NCBI GenBank assembly: GCA_964016885.1
Contig: OZ024740.1
Location: 177,568,001 to 177,632,000 of the forward strand
Length of the DNA: 64,000 nt
Direction: 5' to 3'
Source of the DNA: Eledone cirrhosa
Taxonomy: Eukaryota
Shown: positions 41,441-56,037 of the stretch, piece by piece
How the letters are laid out: the number at the start of each line of letters is the position of its first letter
Position numbering within the stretch: the stretch's first letter is position 1
The notes under the pieces: generated by a model
Seen by the model: only the letters and a program-made list of their open reading frames with translations
Database searches by the model: none
What the model was told of the DNA's origin: nothing
Made by a program: the position numbers and the translations under genes

Positions 41441-42134
41441 GCGGGGACAGCCAGAGCGTGGACTCCCATTTGCTCATAATAGTGAGAGAGGGGGAGAACG
41501 AGAGGGACAGAGGCGGTAAAAGTGGGAGTTTGGTTCCTTTGTGTTCGGATCTGGTGTATATGTAAATGTTTTACAGTAAACAATTATAAGAAACGTATAG
41601 TTCACTTGGTACTTTCAGATTACAATAATCTAAATTTTGATTATTTTGCGTAAATCCAGGATAACCTAGGGCTTAACAACAATATCAACAACAGTCAATA
41701 AAGGATCATGTATGTGGTTGCTTGGCATACTAAAAGTAGAAGTGAAGTCTCTCTGAAATTTTAAACAAAACAAAATGACACACATCTAATATGAAAATAA
41801 AACGGGATGGTCCCGGCTGGATTGCCGTTGATCGTAAGATTGCCGAATCAGAACTTACCTTGATAAACAACAAGAACGAGGGATGGGAAAGAGGGCCTCA
41901 AAATAACTACACTACTGGTTAGAAATAGGAGCTAAATCTTTCCGAACCCCACTCTACCATCTTTAATAAAAAGGAAGCTTCATTAGATAATGCAGCCTTG
42001 TCTGAAACAAGATAGGATTTCTATGGCTGAAACAAAGATTTACATGATCAGAACTGACTTGAGTTTAAACTAAATCAGAAACAACAACAATAGTAACAAC
42101 TATTATAATAATGATAAAAATGATGATGATGATG

Positions 42135-42244
42135 AGAAGAAGAAGAAGAAGAAGAAGAAGAAGAAGAAGAAGAAGAAGAAGAAGAAGAAGAAGAAGAAGA
42201 AGAAGAAGAAGAAGAAGAAGAAGAAGAAGAAGAAGAAGAAGAAG
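42135..42244. repeat. (AAG)n microsatellite
   Basis: Direct reading. Confidence 0.95.
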
Positions 42245-43239
42245 CTATTTATTTATTTATTTACTAGAAGGACTCGTGTATGTAGGGGCCGGTAATTTCA
42301 GTTTGAGGCACTCACTATAGTGACATTGTAGGGTATTTTAAGCCCAAAGAAGCCCACCCCACTCCTGGCGATTTCATCCAGACGTAGAGTGTAACAGCAG
42401 GGCTGCATCTCTTTCTCACCCTTTATCTTCCTAGGCTCTTGAAGAATGCAATGAGGGGTTGGCCAAAGAGGGAATTCTATGCGATCAATCATTTCAATCT
42501 CATTTACCATACCACTATAAACGCCAAAGTGAGAAAAATTGCTTAATCTTTCTGATTAAAATGCGATGTTCGCGATAGACGTGGCACCCGCCTGAAAACG
42601 GATCAGTTATACAGGCAGCCTTTCACATATCAACAATGTTCGGAAACTGAACCACACCAGCACCAACAGAAAAAGAATAAGCCGCATCTACTGATAGAAA
42701 GAAACACCATGGGAGCGTCCGTTCAGTAACTGAACATAACTAGAAATTGCAACTAAATCTATACACTATGTCTGAATAAAATAAACTTAGTAGTCTTAAA
42801 TACACTGTATCTGAATTTTATAGAATACATTGTCACTGATAGGACATTTCTGATCATGTATCTTCATAATCAGAGTAGACCCGGGAATAAACAACAACAA
42901 TAACACTAATGTAGTCTAAAATATATTAGGTTTGAATAAAGAAGTGAATGATTGCGCTTGAAACATATTTGATGATAGACATGCTTGATCAAAGCTGACT
43001 CGAAGGTAAATAGCAAAAAGCACAACATTTGGTACAGCATCAACAACAAAGAACAAATGATAATAATGACAATTGTGATGATGATGATGATGATGATGAT
43101 GATGGCGTGGACGATGGCAATCATAAACGATAATGGAGATGACGTTTGAATTCCAGTCCTGGCTGCCACCCAGCAGTAGAATGTCATATTTCGTTAAGGA
43201 CATTTCACGCAGCGAAACTTACAACCATAATCAGACAAT

Positions 43240-43358
<119 letters not shown>

Positions 43359-44799
43359 ACACACGTATATACAGTGAGGTGAAGGGATAATGAGGACTGA
43401 TAGTCTGTCACAACTTGCGGTTGGTTTGTTGGATTTAAATAAACATTGAACATGATAACCTCTGCAATCAAAGATCTTTCCGATATAAGATAACCTGCGG
43501 CACCAGATGTCTTCTCTATCCAAATTTTACAACTTTAACAATGAATTATTTAGAAACATACAAAGGTTAGATGCTGTTGTGTAAGAAAGAACTAAGGCAA
43601 AAACATTAGGGCATCGAATGAAATACATTGAGGTAATTTGTTGCGGACTTGACATTCTGGGTTCAAATACCACTGAAGTTAAGTTTCCCTTTTGTATTTC
43701 CAGTGTCGATAAAATAGCTACTATTCCAGTACGGCCTGGATCTAATTATCCATGTTTGATGACACAAAGTTACGGCCCTTTACGTTCTGCGTTCAAATCC
43801 GGTCGAGGAATATTTTGCCTTTTATCCTGGCTGGGTCGATAAAATAAAGCACCAGTAATGCACTGGAATAGATTTAATCGACTTTCCCCTTCCACCAAAT
43901 TTGTTGGTTTGGGATGAAATTAGAAACCATTTAAGTACTGTGTAGATCTAATTATATATATGTTCTCAATGACTTTCTGACAACCCGGTTGTGCCAGAAA
44001 TAAATATTAGAAATGATTTGTATAATAGACACAATGTCGCACATACAGAAGGAGGGAATAATCAATGTTATTGGCCTCAATATAAGACTGGTAGTTTATT
44101 TACTGATGCGAGAAGGATGGAAAAAGAAAGCTCAATGAACATTAAGCTCAGAGCACAATTTATATAAATTTAGACGGTATACGAAAAAGTCTCTTTCATA
44201 TATCTACTTGAGTAATAACAAGTATCATGTACATACATATAATGATAAATAATAGATTTTCTCATAGAAAGAATGAAGCCAAGATTGTCTAAATTTCACT
44301 TATACGGCCGTTTCATTATAGATTCCAGAATGTGATGCCTATAATCGATCTAATGATTGGGCTCAATCACCAATCATCAATCCTAGTAATAGGCATAATC
44401 AAGACCAGGAAACATCAGTCATCAGCAAGTGCTTAAGGTCTTATTATATATATCTCACTCTGTGCATTAGATAATCTACTGCCTAAAGAAGAAGAAAACA
44501 AATGTCTCTCAAAAGGCAGATATTACATGACTGGCTAGGTTAAATCCAAACATATAAAATGTATATTAATTAAGTTACTGAACAAGAAAAGCTCAATAAA
44601 CATTAAGCTCAGAACCTAATTCATACATCCAGTTGAGAGACAGCCAATAATATGTACATATATATAGAAGGACAAGAAATATATGTACTCACTAATTTGC
44701 AACTACTTCTCCTGCTTAAACATTCAGATATTTTATAAGGCAGGGAATGAAAAAACAGAAGCAGTTTCTGCTTTGAGTTGAAAGAATGGTATTTAACTA

Positions 44800-45232
44800 A
44801 TGTAATGGTACGCGATGGGGCCCACCCAAAGCCCCGACGGACAGAATGGAGAAGGCGTTTCCCCGGAGGACGGCAAGGGAGACGCGCTGGAAAAAACAAT
44901 CCAACTCGCGGAGATTACACCTACGGCTGGCCAACTCAGCGCCTATGGTGGTGAGTAAGGAGGTAGCCCTGGGGCCGAGGATATAAGAAGTTTCCACTGC
45001 CAGGGGAACGACAGCAAACCTGTCGGAGAGCGACCGGTATTTTAGGAGTTTGGCCCTCTCAGCCCGACATGCAGCAGAACCTGGGTCAGTTGCACACTGC
45101 ACCAGGTTGCGGCTGCAGATAAGGTCGGTGCAAGTGGCATCCCAGACGAGGGGTTTGCCACCGCGAAACGGGAAGATGGTCATGCCATCTGGCCTTTTGC
45201 CGTCCCCTCGATCCAGCCCCACAGGGTCGAGC
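44800..45232 (-). pseudogene. 3' fragment of the CRE-clade family with intact RLE motif
   Basis: LDPVGLDRGDGKRPDGMTIFPF..WDAT..KY..VPLAVETS..FQRVSLAVLRGNA. The 5' side is interrupted by the fold-back element at 45236. Confidence 0.9.
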
Positions 45233-45235
45233 TTA

Positions 45236-45991
45236 ATATCAAGATAAGCAGAACAAGTAAAATTCAACCAATTTTTCAAAATAAATCAAAATTAATTTAC
45301 AATTAAAATTAATCAGAATTAAAAAATATAATATAAATATTTACCTATTCGAGTAGCTCTTACTGTACAGTTTCACTTTGCAAAACATTAGATATCACAT
45401 GGATATTAATGGAAAAGCAAAGATCATCAGAGAAGCATTTTCCTTGCCTAGGGTTGAAAAATTGGTTGAATTTTACTTGTTCTGCTTATCTTGATATTAA
45501 GTTCTGGTATATCAAATTATTACCATAGAACCACCTTAAATCATAGACACCCTATGTATTTCTGGGGGTACATTGTACCCTCAGATATATTAACCTTATT
45601 CATTATTCTCCGATTATGTAGAGAAAAAATTCTGTCGTTCTATCTAGCTGCTAAAAATTTTTTTGGTAGCGAACATAGACAACAAGTCTACGATTTCCCG
45701 CCTTCACTATACACCAACGTATTTTTGGGTCACTTTCACGACCTTTCAGACCTGTATTAGTTGGAGTGAGGTCATATATTTTATCGCTCCTGGGGTTTTT
45801 AACCCTAGGAAAGGAAAATGCTTCTCTGATGATCTTTGCTTTTCCATTAATATCCTTGTGATATCTAATGTTTTGCAAAGTGAAATAGGTAAATACTTAT
45901 ATTATATTTTTTAATTTTGATTAATTTTAATTGTAAATTAATTTTGATTTATTTTGAAAAATTGGTTGAATTTTACTTGTTCTGCTTATCT

Positions 45992-45997
<6 letters not shown>
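45236..45997. mobile_element. Penelope-like fold-back element (three-part architecture)
   Basis: 45236-45460 is the reverse complement of about 45795-45997. About 45455-45497 is a direct copy of the terminal 45955-45997. Ends in (TA)n. Confidence 0.8.
45356..45436 (-). ncRNA. Minimal hammerhead ribozyme motif
   Basis: Minus strand: gcttct-CTGATGA-t ctttgc...gcaaag t-GAAA-ctgtacag-TA-agagc. The + copy (45820-45885) lacks stem III and the cleavage site. Confidence 0.82.
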
Positions 45998-46053
<56 letters not shown>

Positions 46054-46092
46054 ATATTAAATAAATGGAAACTATATTTATAAAACCATATT

Positions 46093-46156
46093 TATTTTAT
46101 TATATATATTTCAAGGGTACCAAGACAACATTGGTACGCTTTCATCAGATAAAATA
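46093..46156 (-). ncRNA. Minimal hammerhead ribozyme motif
   Basis: Minus strand: tattttat-CTGATGA-aagcgtacc...ggtaccctt-GAAA-tatata-TA-ataaaata. Confidence 0.8.
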
Positions 46157-46285
46157 CAAAGTTTGTTTTATAAATAGAGACATACCCATGAAAATCATAC
46201 CTAATCGGTTGGAAATATCCAGTGAATTTCCAACCGATAAGGTATGATTTTCATGGGTATGTCTCTATTTATAAAACAAACTTTG

Positions 46286-46349
46286 TATTTTATCTGATGA
46301 AAGCGTACAAATGTTGTCTTGGTACCCTGGAAATATATATAATAAAATA
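46286..46349 (+). ncRNA. Minimal hammerhead ribozyme motif
   Basis: tattttat-CTGATGA-aagcgtaca...ggtaccctg-GAAA-tatata-TA-ataaaata. Related to 26433-26504. Confidence 0.77.
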
Positions 46350-46522
46350 AATATGGTTTTATAAATATAATTTCCATTTATTTAATACCATTGAATATTT
46401 ACTCCAGTAGCTGTTGAGTGCTCTAAATCAGTTATAAACATTTATATTTGTCAGACTTCCAACAAATTATAAATTGTTGGATGTCCGACAAATATATATG
46501 TTTATAACTGATTTATATATAT

Positions 46523-47862
<1,340 letters not shown>

Positions 47863-48034
47863 TTCCAGCTCTGTGCACCTAACCTAACCTCTGCATGAAC
47901 CCAGCCACCTAGCTCCCTTCCACTGTATATTGCACATTAAGCACATGCCTTTACGCTTTGGCTTCTAACTAATTCACCAATCTCTCTTTTCCTCTCCTAT
48001 CTCCATCTCTCTCTTTAAGATGGTTACTCTTGAA

Positions 48035-48102
<68 letters not shown>

Positions 48103-48218
48103 GTAAACAAGATGGTTATTGCTCCAACCAGTCTATTCATCATCGATATCTACCCTAAATATATATACAAATACACTTCACATATGTCGGACTTCCAACA
48201 AATTATATACCCCTTCTA

Positions 48219-48267
<49 letters not shown>

Positions 48268-50266
48268 AATACTCTATATACAAATATTTATGTCATGTGG
48301 GTAAGTGTTTGTCTGGGAGTGCTAACAATTTCTTATCTACATTGATTCTAACACAGAGTAAGAAGGGTAGGCAGAACCCTCTCTGTGTGAGGGTCGTGGT
48401 AGACGAAGGCATCACATCCTGCACTCTAACTATTTCATCAGTCCACCACGCAAGACTAATTCTTTAATTAACAATCTAGACAGGATTAAAGGCAACGTTA
48501 ATTTCGACGGCATTTGAGAATGCAAATGTCATAAATAAATATCGCGAGGTATTTTACCCGTCACTGTAACGCTTTTGTTGATTTGTCACCCATACAGCTC
48601 TTCAAATTTATGACCACAAGCCTAGACTAGAAATCATTGTTTAAATTTTGGCAGCTTTTTTGTTATTATTTATTGATCTTTAAGAGTTTCTGTTTCTGAC
48701 AACACATTGAGCTTTTGTGTCATTGTTAGCTTCTTACATAGTCTCGCTTCATCTCTGTCCAGTCTTGCAGAATATCTACCATGGAGAGTCTTTACTCTAT
48801 CTTTTATATTTTGGTATTTGTGGGACGCCTTTATAGATATATATATTCCTTTGTGTGACGCATTTATATATATTCGCGTTTTGTTCGATTGTTTTTGTTT
48901 ATTTTTTCCAACTGTTTTGTTGTTTTATCACAAAAAATTATATAATTGTCTCTTCAATGTTTTTTTAGCTTCTACATTGTTTCCCTATACTATAGAAAAA
49001 AGGTTTCTTTTATTTGCTATGTTGACTTAGTTTACTAATCATTCAAGCGTTGCTGGCTTCTAAGTATTTTTCCAGACCGACTGTGGTTACTTTGTAATAG
49101 TTCTTTATTTCTATCAGGTTTCTTACGTGTGCGTATGGTATTGTATAATATAGTATGATATGGTAGGGTATGGTATGGTATGGTATGGTATGGTATGACA
49201 TAGCATGGGATGACATGGTATAGTATGACATGGTATGGTATGATAGGTAAGGGATATGATGGGATGGGATTCTATCATTATCAGATTTAGAATGATGCGT
49301 TGGTACTGCATTAAGAAATGTTATATTTTCACTTTATGATATCACCCAAATTGAGGTATATTGTATACATAGTTTTAAATAAACAATAAAAAAAAAAATA
49401 ATTTGTAGTTTCTCCCTAGCATTGATATAACAAAGATAAGTAGTGAACTGGAGAGTTGCTTGAGCGTTGTGACCGTGGTTCCGGTTTTCTGGGTGTTGAG
49501 TTTAAATCACACCGAATCGAACTTTGCCTTTCGTTTTTCGGGTATGGAAGAGCTCTATAAATAATCTACCTGTCCAGGGTGGTAGGTTAACGGAATCGTC
49601 AAAGCGTTAGATCCTCAGTCGCTTACCAACATTCTCTGCGTTGTGGGCTTGGTATGTCATGCCTGTTGATGTTACATCTGCATACATTTCTGGATGGTGA
49701 ACGGGCATGGACACTCTGTCTCAGACACATTTTCCGCAGCTTTGCGGCATACAATTACGTCCCTTTATATTCTGAGTTCAAATCTCGCTGATGTTAGCTT
49801 TGCTTTTTATTCTTACGGGTTCGATGAAATGATGTACCAGTAACGTACTGGGGTTGATATAATCGCCTTTCTCCTTCCTTTCAATTTGATGGCCTTGTGC
49901 CAAATGTAGCGACATTTCTACATAATAGTAGTATCAGTAGTAGCGACAACAGCGATGGCGGTGATGGTAGTAGTAGCCATTAAGTGCATGTCCGATTGTG
50001 AATGCGCTTGTCACAGCTGACGTGCTCAAGTCAAGAACAAGTCAAAGTGGCGCCACGTTAACGACGCTTGATTCAAACGGCTGATCAGTTACAGAACTTA
50101 TGCGTTCTATGTGGGCCTGTTTGTGTCTGTTTCTATACAAACATACATACATACAACTAAGGACACTAATTAAAGAATCCAGTACGTGGAAATTTTGATG
50201 TAAGACATTTATAAATCTCTATTGGTCCCTATTTTCGTTTCCATTTCTCATTCTACGAACACACAC

Positions 50267-50394
<128 letters not shown>

Positions 50395-50931
50395 AGAGAG
50401 GGAGAGAGAAAGGGAGAGAGAGATGTATATCTATATAATATATATTATAATGATATTTAACCCATAATGTCAAGCTTAATCCGTTTCACCACCAAAACGA
50501 TTTAATCTTACCGATTAAGCTAATATCTCTTAAAATAATATTTGCAGTTTCCTTCCTTAACGGAATGCTAAGATGAATAATGTTATCTCAATTAATCTCC
50601 CTCCCCTGCTCTCTTTTCTCTCTGTCTCTTTCTCTCCTTCTCTCTCACTATGTATATATATCATATAGACCCTTTTTTCCAAACACTTAGATTCCAACCT
50701 TTTATCTATCTCCCTGAAATCACCATTTCCTGAAGAAGAACTTATGTCCGAAACATCAAACACTCTTCTTCCTCCGAAGAGTGACACTAATAATCCTATG
50801 TGTTTTTGCATCTCTGTGTTTGTCTTGTCGAGCACTAACAATCCACACAGGAGCTAGACATATCGATGAACTGACAGAGTGGAACACATTTCAACACCAA
50901 GTTTACCTGTTTTTTTCTACGTTAATTCGTA

Positions 50932-50986
50932 CTGCCTGATGAGGTCACAGCCAATAATAGCTGTCACACTGAAATATATATAGCAG
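50932..50986 (+). ncRNA. Minimal hammerhead ribozyme motif
   Basis: ctgc-CTGATGA-ggt c acagc...gctgt cac act-GAAA-tatata-TA-gcag. Tail into (TA)n. A second decayed core is at 50730-50757. Confidence 0.8.
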
Positions 50987-51040
50987 AGAATTTATAATAA
51001 ACGAAGCCAAATTGAATATATTTAACGTACTTATTTTATA

Positions 51041-51096
<56 letters not shown>

Positions 51097-51098
<2 letters not shown>

Positions 51099-51970
51099 TG
51101 GTTACACAAAAGTTCACGATACCGAGAACAGTTGTTTCACCTTAGCGGATCCTCAGCTCGTAATGGATATGGTTATACGGAACTGGAAGGACAGCCGTAT
51201 GAACGCGCATGCGCAGAAACTGTCACTTCACACAGGCAATACTAAATTGCGTGCGAGAGGTGTAAGGGAGATAACTGCAAAAGTCCGAAAGTTTCTAGTT
51301 GATAAGAAAATTAAGATGTTGCTGTAATTCAATCTGGAGCTTTGTAGTTATGTAAGAGGTCTTTCCAGACAAGTGGACAACGTGTGAAGAATTCATTTCT
51401 TCAGTTATAGGCAATCACTATTTCGTAATCTCTTTAGAATATTTATTCGTTCATCAATACATAGTCCACAAGACGGATTGCCCCTTGCGTATGGCTGGCT
51501 TGGACTTAGTGATGGCTTTCCATTGAATGGAGTAGTCTATACATGAGTCCTTGAGGGACCATACGTGGCTCGCGAGTTTCGTGGATGAACGTCTGTATGG
51601 GTACCTAAAGGTCGACGGGTGGTTCAGGAAGCGTTCCTTAGATCGGCCCTCCGCCATACCCACATAGGATTTGACATCCTGTGGTTGATTTGGTCGGTTG
51701 GAAGTGACCACAGCTTAATAAACTACAGCGGGTGTGTTGCATTGCTGTTGAAGGGGACAAGCTTCGGGCTTTCGGGGCAAGAGCACCTTAGGGCTGTTGG
51801 TGATGTGGACCTTCATGTTCTTAGCGCAGGAGTATCCTAGTTTTACGGGAATCTAACACATTATATGTCTAAAATAAATAGGGCAAACAAGTCGCATACG
51901 TCAGCACTGTCAAACGATCCCATGGAGACGTCGAATAGTTCAGAACTATTCGACGTCTCCATGGGATCGT
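51097..51970 (-). mobile_element. Internally deleted Penelope-like element: RT fragment + GIY-YIG + hammerhead
   Basis: Minus strand: ELFDVSMGSFDSADVCDLFALFILD (PLE RT motif, about 51867-51941), then CPLQQQC..VVY..SYVGMAEGRSKERFLNH..KLASHVW, then hammerhead 51123-51160, then (TA)n. Confidence 0.87.
51123..51160 (-). ncRNA. Minimal hammerhead ribozyme motif
   Basis: Minus strand: cgag-CTGAGGA-t cc gctaa gg t-GAAA-caactg-TT-ctcg. GUU site, downstream of the GIY-YIG on the same strand. Confidence 0.82.
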
Positions 51971-52075
51971 CGGGGTCTATAACATAACATGGATCCTAAG
52001 CCACCCATCTGGGAAAATGTCGTCACTGTGCATAATCAATACCGACCTAAATGTGAAATGTGAAACCTCGTTTTG

Positions 52076-52132
<57 letters not shown>

Positions 52133-52573
52133 TAAACAAACTTTCGACCGGATAAATAGGCGGACCTGCAAGCAACAGAAAACCCCTTATTGTCCTGCAG
52201 CAATCTGCATTTTACACAGAGGCCTTGAACGGAAGCCCCCTCACTTAATCCGATAACGAATTTTTATATGCACTTTACATGGACAAATTTGACAAACATT
52301 TTCACCCTTTCTGCCTTCATTTCCATACCGATATACATGTTTATCTTTCTCATATATATCTTTTCTCATATATATTTCCTCTCTCATTTTGCATCTATGT
52401 ACTTTTTGTTTTGATTCATGTGGCAGAAGTGGATATTAACTAATTGTTTGCCTAATTACTAACTTTCATACTTTAACATACCCTCCGTTCTGCTGTACGG
52501 TACTATCGTTCAATATATGGATAATATATCTGTAATAGCCAATATTATTCCCCCTTTAAAAATTTCTTACTAT

Positions 52574-55345
52574 TGTAGTGACCTACATTCCGCGGGCTCA
52601 CATACATTCTCTGTGCGTGATTTGGCTCAGCTCAGCCAATCAGCGCCAGGGGAAGAGGGTGTATCCCTACGCGTTCTGGGGGAGAAATAGCCCGCGAAGA
52701 TTTGAGAAACTAACTCTTGCAGCTCGACACTGTGAAGGTAAACATCTCTTGATTTCGTTCCTCAAGCATAAACAATATGTAGCAACAAATATCACTACGG
52801 CTCTGGCCAAACGCCTCAGCCAGTCGACCGTATTTTCTCTTGTAGTCTTAATTGAATTGTTTCATTTCTCTTGGCATGCCAGCTTAATTCACTTCTTAAC
52901 CTTTGTTAATAAATAATGTAAAAACAAGCTAAAGTCGTTGTCGATATTCCTATCATATCTTTATACCAAAGATGGTTCCTCGTGGCAATATTACCACTTC
53001 TAAACATAACTCTCTGCTAAATTGGTGACCCTCGACGATTAAGTATGAAAACGCAGCCTATTTGAATTCGCCATTCGTTTTAATGGCTATGTGGAGTGGT
53101 TTAACATTTGGAATGTTCGAATCGGGTAGCTAGACTCACTTAGCGTAAGTCCATAAAATTCATAATATTCAATTTGTGGAAGCACGCGGCCTGCACAATA
53201 TTTCTGTCATAACTTTCATGGTAACACTAGTAACTCACGCATACAGACGAACACAAAAATACAACACAAAAAAAATTAATTTAAAAAAAAAGGATTTCTC
53301 TGGATGTGGAATTTTGCTTTCGGCGTTCTGTTGAAATTACAAATGGAGACTCAGACATTTTGTTTTCCCGCGTACAGCTTGTCTTCTCCAATCCCAGCCG
53401 TCTGATTGGCTGCATCGTGCCACATGACGGCTTCTTCATCACAGACGCATTTTTCAATCGGCCATCCTGGATTTTCTTGCCGAATAATTTTCATGGAAAA
53501 TAATTTTTTTTTATTATTCAAATTTTCTTTAGAATATTTTAGAAAAAAAGAAAAAAGTAGCAGTATTTCAAAAACTTTTCGCCACGAGGAAATTTCAAAA
53601 CGGCTACCACCAAGTACCAGCCATCAGCAGCAACACATGGCTAACTATTAACCAACACCAGGGAACGGCTTGTAACTTTACCGACGCAACCACCATACCT
53701 TCTGTCTCGTTACCACAAGGACTCGAGAAATTAAGACATTAGTTTTCTCGCCATTATGGCGTCAGACGTGGCTGCCATGTTGGTGACGCTAGGTTCTTCA
53801 ACGCTCGACTTCTACTCTACAGAAGATTCATTGTGACTTTGCTTTAACAACAACAACAACTCTACTAGCTCCCTAGTAAGAGCGTTCCCAAAGAAAAAAG
53901 AAGCGAACTTTTTGTTAAAAGAAAAGAAACAATTCTTTCTTTCTTCCTTTTTTTTTCATGCATTTATTTTGGACATTTATTTTTTTTTAAACTGTATTAT
54001 ATAAAAATTAATTTCTCTCTATCATTGTATATGTGACCGCACGCACACATTTTCTTTGCTGTATTACATGCCTGCATATATACACACACCAACATGTTGT
54101 TGTCTATGGTATGTGATCTTCAAGCGTCGTAATATTCTGCGAGATCCATTTTCACCTTCTGGAGGTACCAAAACATGCTATCGACACTTGCAGCTTAATT
54201 CACCTGCACCGCAACACGAGAATGCTAATTGCAGCTGAACTCAAACAGTTTCGCATCTCGTTGCACATTCATCGTCCATAACAACCTCTATCTTGTTATC
54301 TTACCCAACTCACCGAGAAAACAACAAATAGAACTGGACTTGTGAGCATTTCCACCACTTCTGTGGATTCGCCCGAATTATGGAACTGCAACCCACTTAC
54401 AGATTCAACTTGCTTTTTTTCTTATCAAAGCAACCAGCCATTTTTTCCTGGCTCCCTAGCACATTCGGCAATACATCTGGGAGGCCAACATTTTCTCGCC
54501 TACCCATCATCTTCTTGCCAGCACTGGTAAACTGCTATAATAGCTTCGTCCACAGCTACTGGTACAACACTTACCATTAACATTTAATGCAAGAACAGCA
54601 ACTTCGCCCATGTCAGACTTTATCTGTTTTCTGTTAGACCTTTGGTGGTCACGTATAAACTACAAAACAGCTAGTCATTTGACAGCGGCTCAACACGGCC
54701 CGTAGCGCCTCATTTTTTTTCTTGCATGCATCTTTCTGCTCAATTATTTTTTCACTGATGTGCTCTTTCAGCATTTGATCTTGCTGATTCAATAATCTGT
54801 ATCGACTACCATCTAGAAGGGGGGGTGTAAACTGTACCTTGTGGGTCCTTGGCTTCATCGTTAACGATTTTCGGCTAAAAATCTGCTCGGAGGTGATGTA
54901 GTGACCTACATTCCGCGGGCTCACATACATTCTCTGTGCGTGATTTGGCTCAGCTCAGCCAATCAGCGCCAGGGGAAGAGGATGTATCCCTACGCGTTCT
55001 GAGGGAGAAATAGCCCGCGAAGATTTGAGAAATCTAACTCTTGCAGCTCGACACCGTGAAGGTAAACATCTCTTGATTTCGTTCCTCAAGCATAAACAAT
55101 ATGTAACAACAAATATCACTACGGCTCTGGCCAAACGCCTCAGCCAGTCGACCGTATTTTCTCTTGTAATCTTAATTGAATTGTTTCATTTCTCTTGGCA
55201 TGCCAGCTTAATTCACTTCTTAACCTTTGTTAATAAATAATGTAAAAACAAGCTAAAGTCGTTGTCGATATTCCTATCATATCTTTATACCAAAGATGGT
55301 TCCTCGTGGCAACATTACCACTTCTAAACATAACTCTCTGCTAAA
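52574..55345 (+). mobile_element. Non-autonomous LTR retrotransposon (Gypsy-like)
   Basis: LTRs 52574-53021 and 54897-55345 with about 6 substitutions and 1 indel counted by eye. 4-bp TSD CTAT (52570-52573, 55346-55349). PBS TGGTGACCCTCGACG at 53023. Weak PPT GGAGGTGA. No gag/pol ORF in the 1.9-kb interior. Confidence 0.9.
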
Positions 55346-55940
55346 CTATAATATACTCATTTACTCTTTTACCTGTTCCAGCCATCTAATTTTCAATCTT
55401 AATTTCCACTGTGAAACCATAATATCTAGAATTAAGTTTAAGTTTATATTCTCTTAGCGGGATGGTCAACCCTATTATCCAAGCATAAATTAGGGGTAGT
55501 TTAAGGCCTACTGAAACTCATACTCTGCCACCACCACTAGGTTTCGGTCAACTGCCACTGGCATGGCGGATAGCAGTAAACTTTAACCGTGTCATATTAC
55601 CGGACTGGATGGGGGTGATTGTTTTGGTTGAGGGTGGGGGGAACTTGCCTGGGCTAGTTTCGTTGAGTTTGGGGTAGTGGATCGTTCCTTCACTTTTTGC
55701 GCCTGTGCAAATCAGTGGAGGTAAATTGGAGCTCACAGGGGAACGGACGAGAGATACAAGAATACACGCCTTATCCGTTTCCTTGTCGTTTCACTTTTGA
55801 TTGCCTCGGGAACGTAACCTTATTATGTAAGAAACTGTCTGATGATGTCATGGCTCTGGGTACATGGAATCGGCCACTGTCGTCATTGAAATATGCATCA
55901 CTGCATTATCAATAAAGGACTTTTAACATCTGAAACTACT

Positions 55941-56037
<97 letters not shown>

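Larger units (their letters stand above)
46049..46393. mobile_element. About 345-bp near-perfect palindrome of two tail-out Penelope-like termini
   Basis: Arms of about 165 bp around a short spacer (about 46216-46226). Each arm carries a hammerhead. Confidence 0.82.
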
